This document shows positions 55,039 through 64,000 of a stretch of 64,000 bases of DNA, in pieces. The stretch's first letter is position 1, and each line of letters opens with the position of its first letter. The DNA is from Saccostrea cucullata. Its lineage: Eukaryota. Position numbers and translations under genes: made by a program. The stretch lies in contig NW_026933545.1 of assembly GCF_032062105.1 (NCBI RefSeq), positions 186,001 through 250,000 on the forward strand. The letters are read 5' to 3'. The notes beneath the pieces were generated by a model. It ran no database searches. It was not told the origin of the DNA and saw only the letters and a program-made list of their open reading frames with translations.

Positions 55039-55544
55039 AATTGAGATTTTTTCAAAAATAAACTAATTAATTATGTAAAATTCAATATTTTCAAAGATAA
55101 ATTTTCTCTTCATGACGCAAAATATCATTTTTCATTCTAAAACAATCTAGGTTTCATTTTTCAGGAAATGCCATTGGGAACTCTAATTTAGGAACAAATT
55201 GCAGAAAATATTTTCCCGGAAAAAAAATATATTATAAATATTTCAAAATAAATAAAATTTTGCAGAGAAACAACCGTCTCTGTTGAATAAAGAAAAAAAT
55301 TGTCATTTATCCAAAGTCACATCTTTTAAAGAGAACTATTGTAAATAAACATAACTACGGAATTCAATGTTTACTTGGGTTTTGTAATTTATGTAGCCAA
55401 TAATCAACGTCAATTATACACTTTGTTTATTAAACGAAAAAAGGCAGTCATACAAACGTATTGCCGACTTGTTGAGGCTAGCTACGAAAGTTTGGCTGGA
55501 AACGTAAACTCTTTTTCAGTTCAACCTGAATATTTAGCAAAATA
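55039..55544. promoter_or_regulatory. Putative bidirectional promoter / 5'UTR region shared by KLHL20 and ANKRD45
   Basis: Only 506 bp separate the divergent ATGs. CCAAT at about 55397, forkhead-like TGTTTAC and GTAAATA motifs at 55341-55430. Confidence 0.6.
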
Positions 55545-58500
55545 ATGACCACAGACGTAGCATCTCAACCAGAAGAAACAGAAGAAGAAGCAGCTGAGGT
55601 TTTGTTACCAAATACAAATATTGTGACCCACTGTATTCTGAAAAATGATGTGGAACGTTTAAGAAAATCTTTTGAAGACGATGAAGATCCATATAAAGAA
55701 ACTGTAGCAGAATTAATCAACACAAGAGGCAGGGATGGAAAATCTCCCCTTGATTTAGCGTCTACACTTGGCAGAATAGAACTTACAAAAGAATTAATAC
55801 TTAGGGGAGCTGAAGTTAATTCTGTAAACATAAAAGGTAAAATTGAGTTTGATGCTGCACATTTTAATATAAGGCCATTCCAAGTTTTTTCTCTGTTTAG
55901 CGTCCACCCATCTTTTAAAAACCTACCTACCTATTCGAAAAAAAACACACAAGCCAAAACATAAAACACAGGCTTAAAATATATATGATTTGATCTAACT
56001 AAACTGCTTTAATAGAAGAAATATCTATTCTTAAGCAAAAACAAGGGAATAAATGCTTAAAATACCCCCAATATAACTTACTGTACAGAATTATTTGGAG
56101 AAATTGACAAAATTCAAAAATTTCGACTAAATTAATGAGTTTCAGGACTCCTGATGTTGTGTACGTGTTTTTTCTTACATGGGGTCTCAAAAACCAAGGT
56201 GCACATGGACGCTAAACATAGAAAAAACTTGGAATGGCCTAAGGCAAAAAAAAAAAATAGTCTTATCTCCTGCTACCAGACTGAAAAAAAGGGTAGGTAG
56301 GTAGGAAAATTATTATTTTTATTTTTTTTTATTTTTCCCAAAGGTATTTTTTTGGAAATGAAATAATACAAGATCAAATTAAACATGTAATGGGTCTATA
56401 TCGTCCTTTTAAAATTAAATATCTTGTTTTTTGATACACAACTCAAGTGGTATTTTATGAAAATCCATATTTAAACCATAGAATTTCTTGAAATACGACT
56501 TGAACGTATGTATTTTTTTAGTTTTAGGATATGAATTTGCAGAAATTCACAATTTTTTTTGTCAAAGCTAAAAAAAAAAAAAATTTAGGGTCGGGTGCAA
56601 AAAAATAGGATAGGCTGGGTAGCAGGAAACTAAACTATTTTTATTTAATGCCTAAAATGGATAAATATATAATGTTATAATGTTATTTATATGAAAATTA
56701 AAAATTGTTATAGTTCATAATAAAATTAAACTACCGGTAGATCAAAACTTATACATGTATATGACTCAGAATAAACTTGACCATTTATTTTCCCAGAAAC
56801 CTCATCACAATGGTTTTTTTCATGAACTCTTCTTTTCTTCTGTACCCGTAGGTTATGGGGCACTTCATCATGCTGCTGCCTGGGGAAAAGTCAACTTACT
56901 GAAGGTATTAGTTGATTCATTAGCAGATTTACAACTAAAGACAGCTCATGGGGAAAGAGCCAGGGAAACTGCATTAAGATATAACCAAACAGAATGTGTG
57001 GATTTCTTAGACTGGGCAGGTAAATGTGTTTATCATCATATTTATAATCTTGGAGACCTCATATAGAATTGGATCAATTCAGTTAATAAATTGTGATGTT
57101 AAAGTTGATAACTTAAATCTTTTAGCATAAAAAATCAGGACCCAAAATATGCAAATACTTCTTAAACTAAGATATAATAGGTTATTCAGATAAAAAAAAA
57201 ATTTTAAAATATTTTTTTATCTTTGAATACAGAAGCCAAGTCAGAACTACTGGAGGCAATCAGGGGGCATCAGGAATTTTTAACAGATCCAGAGAAAAAC
57301 CAGGGTCGACTCACTAAAGAAGACAAGGTATAACAAATCAAACTACAGTGTAATAGCCATAGAATCTCTTATTTTCACCGTAAAGTAATATCAAGTGATA
57401 TATGCAGTTGAATTTTTTCAAATATCCTGAATAGGTTAAAGTAAGATGTTTTTCCTAAACCACCATTCTTTTCTGTATTTTAATCTTGATATCTTCAGTT
57501 TTTGTGTGGTCCCATTAAGTTTAAGATAATGAGGTTTAGGTTTCTTCATTCAGCAGTTTGCCTTCTATGAAAGATCATTATAGATTTTTAAAGCAATCTT
57601 ACTACTCTTACAGAATATCATTACCAATTCATGCAAAGAAAAAACTGAATGGGTGGAGAATACCTCAGATGCCACCACTCAGGATTTTATCACACAGCGA
57701 CAGAACTTGGATGAAATAATTACACCTATTATACAGAAACTGAATGAACCAAGTAAGGCAATCTTAGAAATGTTTTGCATCTCAAAATCTGAATTTGAAA
57801 AAGAAAAAAAAACAAAGTATTTAATTCATATACACGTACATGTAGTCCTTTGTTTTCTGCATTAAGATCTGAATTTGATATGATGTTATTTGTTTATATA
57901 TTGGATGACCAATATTGAAAAGGCTGGCAGGGTTACATTGTTCTTTTTCTGTTTTCAACAATTTATTTGGATGATAGACATATTTAAGTAATGAGACAAA
58001 AGGTCTGATATAAATATATGTTTGCATGGTCCTGTCAAGTACTTAAGATTTAAACACTTTTGAAAGGAAAAAGAATAGGGAAGGAGCCATGAATACTGAA
58101 AGTTTTCTCCCTTTGTACAAGGTCACATTCAATCATCATAAAAGATAGGTCCACCCCTAAAACTAAATATATGTCAAGGTCACAAATACTTGGAGCTCAG
58201 AGAATTAATTTTTTTATTTTGGTCACCACTGGAATGTTTTATCACTGGAGCATTATTTACTGTGTAAATCTACTTTATAAAACAATGTTTAATACAATAT
58301 TTAAAAATATTTTAACAGTTGAAACAGTGAGTATACAATAAAATTGTGTGCATGTGTGTGTTCCCTTAGTACCCAACTAAAAAAGTTTTAAATTCACCCA
58401 CAATCTGTGCCATTTGGTCATGATTAATAACACACCCAAATGTTTGCTGTGATTTGAAGCATGATTTTAGATTTTCTTTTTTTTTTCTATTTGGCAAGAT

Positions 58501-59386
58501 TTGTCAGTGAAAGTATGTGAATAACAAATCATAAACATAGTAGGTTTCCACTCATTATCACATGCAGCATCTAATGCCACTAAATAACTATTACAATTGT
58601 ACATTTCTATGTAAATGCCATGTAATTTTAAAAGTTTTTCAAAGTATTTACTTTTCAGTCTCATTACATTGTTTTATACTTTTATGCGCCCGGATCGATA
58701 GATCCAAGGCATATATTGTTTTTGTCCTGTCTGTTTGTCTGTCTGTCTGTTGTCAACTTTAACCTTCGCCATAACTTTTGAACCATGAGAGATAGAGACT
58801 TCATATTTGGGTTTGACCAATGAAGCTCCAAATGGCACCAGGTTGATCACTTGACTGTGACCTATATGCTAAAAATAGCTAATGCCATAACTGAATAACA
58901 TAATTGATATTACTCCACTAATAAAGCTCTTTCAAATGGCATTTCATGATGTAATGACATGTAAAAATATTTTAAAACTTTTTTTTCATAAGTACTTCAC
59001 TAATAAAGTTATAAAGTTCTTTTCTGACACCAAGGTGATGACCTTGTGGCCTTGACTGTACATTAGTTTTTTTTAACATTTTTTTCCTTCTGAATTTTCC
59101 ATAAAAAAGATATTTATTGAATGAAGATATACTTTTCACAATTTATATATTTGTATCATAAACATGTACAATGCATTATATTTATACTGAGTATTGCTTA
59201 CTTATATTTTTGCGATTAATGACTCGGTATTGAGTGGTATGAATCATAATTCCAAAAAGTGGGAATTATTTTTAATTTAAAAAAATAGCAAGATAAAAAT
59301 ACATGTATTAATGTCCCACATAAGTTAATATACTCATAATATTTCTCATTCCTGTTTCAGCCCCAGAAAAACCAGAAAAAAGGTAA
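55545..59386 (+). CDS. ANKRD45: Ankyrin repeat domain-containing protein 45 (239 aa)
   Basis: Exons: 55545-55836, 56852-57019, 57233-57327, 57614-57752 and 59361-59386. LHHAAAWGK..ERARETALRYNQTECVDFLDWAEAK..KEDK..QRQNLDEIITPI matches the ANKRD45 pattern. Confidence 0.9.
55873..56239. mobile_element. MITE with GG termini and TAA target duplication (Zator or PIF/Harbinger type)
   Basis: taa|ggccattccaagttttttct.tgtttagcgtcca ... tggacgctaaaca.agaaaaaacttggaatggcc|taa. Confidence 0.9.
56243..56652. mobile_element. Second TAA-flanked MITE abutting the first
   Basis: taa|ggcaaaaa..aatagt..tcctgctacc ... ggtagcagga..actatttt..tgcc|taa, with subterminal ggtagg/ggtcgg repeats. Confidence 0.75.
58682..59060 (-). 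mobile_element. Inverted partial copy of the 37113-37828 HINE family
   Basis: ttatgcgcccggatcga..tattgtttttgtcctgtctgtttgtctgtctg..aactttaaccttcgccataacttttgaacc. Confidence 0.75.
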
Positions 59387-60304
59387 ATAAGGGGAGGAAT
59401 GTGGAGAAGAACAGCTGTGAGGACTGTGTTGTGTTTTGTTCAACTGTGATAAATTCATGTACTAAATTTATATATACAAATAAATTCTTATATAGTTTTC
59501 AATGTTTTTTTTATCTATATTGCACAATGGGGACTTACTGAAAACATTTTTACATCACTAAGGTAAACTAAGAGACTAAAAGACTTATGTTGAAATCGTG
59601 TCACAAATGGTGCCCTGCAGACAATAGCTTTATACCATATATGTGGAAATTTTAGTGAGATGCAAATTGAGCAATTTCTTAAACAAAAAAAAAAAAAAGG
59701 TAATTTATTTTAAGGGGGCAGACTGGGGTTTTATTGTGTGAAAACTACAATAGCGAAATTCTTCATTTTTATACCATATATAACTTACATTAACTTCAGT
59801 GTACATACCAAGTTTGGGGGAAATCTACCGTCCAGGTATTTTTAAGGGACTGTCTCAAAATATAGGCACATTTACTATAGGATTATAAGAGGAAAATGCC
59901 AAGTTTTAGCACTTTAAAGCAAATTATACAAATACTACAATAGACTTTTTGTTCAAACTATAATATATGATGAGTAATAGTATATTATACATTATATGTA
60001 TGAAACACAAAATTCTACCGTCTTGTTACCAGAAGGGGCATCTCAAAATGCCAAAAATTAACGAATTTTCCTGTTTTTAAAGAGTACTGCAAAATATGAC
60101 AGACACAAAGGATTTATATGAAAACATGATAAAAATAATGAAGATATTCTCAAATGTTTATGTTTTAAATTTTAAGAGTGTATGTTTATTACTTTTTCTT
60201 TAATAGCATTTTCATTACCCCTTTCTTCAAGAGCTTCAGTTGATCATCGCGTCAAAAACACACTGTATCGACGTCAACCTACCTATTAATTGCAAAATCG
60301 GTTA

Positions 60305-60620
60305 AAACAAGTGATGTTTGTAAAACACTTATGCCCCCTCCCCCCCAAATTGGAATTTTTCAAAGTCCAAAAGGGCATAACTCTGTTCAAAATAGCGAGA
60401 TCATACCCAAAACAGAACTTGACCTAGATATTCATCTGATAAATCTGTATACTAAATTTCATTTCAGTATGTGCAACCTCTGCAAAGAAAATGAACGGAA
60501 ACTGCAAACAAATGGAATTTTTCTAACTCTAAGGGGAATAACTCTGTCAAAAATGGTGCAACCGTACCCAAAACAGAACTTGACCTAGATATTCATCTGA
60601 TATATCTGTATACTAAATTT
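60305..60620 (+). mobile_element. HINE 5' fragment with ~159-bp tandem units
   Basis: Head aacaagtgatgtttgtaaaacac.tatgccccc. tacccaaaacagaacttgacctagatattcatctga occurs twice. Confidence 0.6.
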
Positions 60621-61442
60621 ATATTAAGGGATTATATTTTGTGGGGGTTTGGTACGTTTTAAAAGTATTAGGGATGTACAGTGCATATTAACTGATTTAA
60701 TATTGTGTATCTTAATTGTCTTATTTCAAACATGATTAATTAACAGAAAATGAAAATGCTGTTCTTTTGTTAATAAAGATATTTTAATGACAAAAATTAG
60801 CATACATTAAATCTTAGTTCAAAATATAAAATGCCCATTCTAACAAACAAAGAAAACAAAAAATCTTATAAAGTTAAAACTGATAAACTTAAAACACCAT
60901 TCAATGTGAATAATGATATTAAACCATGGACTTTTTATAACAAAATTCCCAGACCAGTGATGTTATGCTTGATTAAGTACATTTTTTTTTATGTATAGAA
61001 GTTAAAAAACTTGCTGGCATAAAATATTGAGGATGAGTAATCATATCCCTGACAAAAAATCTGTGTAATGATTGTAAAACATCTCAACAAAAATGATGAT
61101 AAGACAAGGAAAAAATCCTTTGTTTCTTGAGCAAAAAATGAAACAGGTAAGGGTTTTTAATGCAAGAGTTGTCTTTCTTAGACTACTTTTTTTTTTACAA
61201 TATAAAGGGGAATAATTCAATTTTTTCCAACTTCAAATGCAAAGTTTTAAGTTATCTCCCTTCTCAATATTTCTCTACGGCAGAAATAGGTGGTGCCCGA
61301 GATTCTACTAATGTACAGTGTATTATTACCCCCTGGGTATATTTTTTTGCCATAAATGACCAGTCTGAATATAATGGCTCAAGGACTAGTATGAATTCCA
61401 TAAAATTTGATCACAAGAAAGCCATTGATATTATATAAGATA

Positions 61443-62913
61443 TCACACAATAAAATCTTCACACACTTTTTCTCCCTCAATAATCCTTTCAAATGAGAAT
61501 CTACTTAGGTCCACAGATTTGTACTTTCGCTTCAACAGCATTTCACTGATGGCGTTTCCAATACAGACTGACTGCTGAAGGCCGTGTCCACTCATTCCAT
61601 TGGCAAAATAAAAGTTTGGTATCATTGGATGTGGTCCTATAATCAGATTTTGGTCCCAGAGGTTGTAGTCATAGAAACCTGCCCAAGCACTTTTTAACTG
61701 AAATAAGATAAATAGACAAAAATTTACTCCATATTCATCATCTTAATTTCCATATAATGACTACCCATTCAAAAAGAAATCAATGTGTAATGTATGCCAA
61801 AATGGACAACATAATTACAGTGCTATTTTTTTTTTTAGTTTATTAATAAATCAGTAACATACTACAGAGACATTTATTAACCCCCTTTTGCAATGCATTA
61901 ATAAATGTTTCTAAAGGAACTCATACTGTATTATATCTGATAAATACACTGTTATTGAAACAGTCAATTTAAATAAAAATTAATTCATTTTACAGGTGTA
62001 ATAAACCTTTTCTTTCTTTTTTTGGCCCTCAACACTTTCTATAAACAAATGGGTTGGGGAATGGCTTTTCTTTAAAGATAAATTATGTTTTTAATTTACT
62101 GAAAATCCTGATAGAATTGAAAGATACATTGACTTCTGTATTCTGTTTATCTAATAATAATTTATTTCTTTTCTCATTTTCTGTATGTACAGTTGTGGAA
62201 TATTTGCCATACTTGCCTTGATATTTTCAAATGCTGGAATTCGGTGAGCTAATCTAGGCCATATTTTTTCATTGAAGAAGTCATAGTCAACATCCATATT
62301 ATCAATAGATGGTTCCTCGGCCTGAAATATTATCAATCACCATTTGCATTTATCAGAGAGTGTGGTGCTTACAAAGTTACTACATACTGAATTTTTCTAA
62401 GGTGTAGAAATTACATGTGTAGCAATCTTTCAAGCTACAAAAGTAAAAAAAAAAAAAAACTTCTGTCCCTGACACACCCCTTGTTAATCACAAATATTTT
62501 GAAAGTTTACTTTCAACCTGATTAAAATCAGCTGTTCTGATCAGAACAGCTGATTTTAATCATCATACAAGTAATATGCTTGTAACAATGATATCTAATG
62601 GTCTGTTGAATTTGGACACCTGAAAAGGTGTTCTCCTCACAGTCTGATTAAAGCCAGACCTTACTCTTTGACTTCACCGTATGTACATGTGTACATACAA
62701 CGAAGTGAAATACCGGTAGTAGGATCTGGCTTAGTCAAACCGTTTACCTCAAAGAAAGGCACTACCAGACATACCTCTGATTCTGGAGATGCCCCACATA
62801 TATACATGCCTCCCAGCCCCTCCCTCCGGAAGTATGTCCCTGTCGTGTCTACAGTTAGAGGTGTACTGATACCAGGGCCATTAGGACAGTGAAAGACGTA
62901 CACAAACCTCTTC
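61443..62913 (-). CDS. FOXRED1: FAD-dependent oxidoreductase domain-containing protein 1 (complex I assembly factor), last three exons; 5' part not in window
   Basis: Exons 62913-62775 ([22 protein letters not shown]), 62321-62217 ([21 protein letters not shown]) and 61697-61443 ([21 protein letters not shown]). Confidence 0.93.
62519..62562. repeat. Perfect spacerless 44-bp palindrome
   Basis: tgattaaaatcagctgttctga|tcagaacagctgattttaatca. Confidence 0.95.
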
Positions 62914-63302
62914 CTGTAAATCAATAATATTTACTATCAATCATCTGAAATCTATTTAGTTATTTACATAGCACAATATGAGTAGGGACAGATACATGGT
63001 ACAGCTGTACAAGTATCAAAGTGTCAATAATTGAAGAGAACTTTTGCCAGAACAGTTGAGAACAGTTGTCATGCTACACATGGATATAGCAATGTAACAA
63101 ATATTTTATCATAAATTCCTCAAAGGAGGTAAGGTACCTTTAATAGATAGAATGTTAACCTTCCTTGTTAAGGCAAAGGGATAAAAGACATCTTTACATT
63201 GCATGTATTAAAGGTAAAATAATGCATAGAAAAATTATCTTGGTATTACAGGTAAGACAATGTACATGATTTTGTCTTGATTGTAAGGATGGTTCTTCAT
63301 TA

Positions 63303-63401
63303 CAGGGTTTACCTTGGTTGTACAGGTGAGGACAGAATGTTAACCTTGGTTGTACAGGTGAGTATAGAATGTTTACCTTGGTTGAACAGGTGAGTATAGA
63401 A
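63303..63401. repeat. 32-bp minisatellite x3
   Basis: accttggttg.acaggtgag..agaatgtt is repeated. Confidence 0.85.
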
Positions 63402-64000
63402 TAGAGAGGTTTAGTAACAAGTGACGTAACAACATGTACGCGTAACATTGATGTACACGTTCTATTTGACGTCAACGTCAATAACATGATTTAGTTATAC
63501 GTACTCGTGTACGTATGCAAATTTCGTGATTGAACAGTAAATAAATTGAACGGCATTGTATCTATTATTTTTAATTTAGACAAATCAATGGTGAGATGGA
63601 ATTTATACTTACTCTTGTCATAAATATCATAAACTATGAAAAATTATCATATATATTGTCATCTCAATGAAGTGAATCGCTCTAAATATTTTGTCAACTA
63701 GTATCTCTACAGGACAATTAAGCTTTTAATTCTGCATCACTTTAAAAATGGAAGCAATCATAAAAATTATTTAATTGATGATAAAAAACGACCAGATTTC
63801 ACACTTTGTGGAGGATCAAGGGGGGGGGGGGGGGCAAAAGAAAACCTTTTGAAAATGATTAAATGTGAAGGCTCAGTCATAATAATGTCTAGAAAGGAGG
63901 CATGGAATAAAGTTTAATACATCAATACCTTGTTAAAACCAAAATCAGACACCGCCCCCCTTTTTTAAATACGCATCTGCTCTAGTTCTTTACAAGTGAT

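Overview
AT-rich, intron-containing animal genomic DNA. It is most likely an oyster/bivalve, judged from Cg170-like satellite units inside Helentron-associated (HINE) elements. By hand-splicing GT/GC-AG exons I reconstruct seven genes: (1) a tetraspanin (-, 4002-9760) with a probable 12-nt microexon; (2) a paralogous tetraspanin (-, 20170-26922, about 763 aa) with an extraordinary ~485-aa low-complexity cytoplasmic tail; (3) a 440-aa secreted low-complexity protein ending in a Lustrin-like Cys module (-, 28842-32194); (4) a 167-aa secreted P/A/G-rich orphan (+, 42471-45158); (5) KLHL20 (-, 46198-55038), head-to-head with (6) ANKRD45 (+, 55545-59386), an adjacency I also recall from human; and (7) the last three exons of FOXRED1 (-), with a GC-AG intron. 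Introns and intergenic DNA are full of decayed LINEs (L1/Tx1, RTE), Penelope-like fragments, HINEs, MITEs and long palindromes. All gene models come from sequence alone and have no transcript support.
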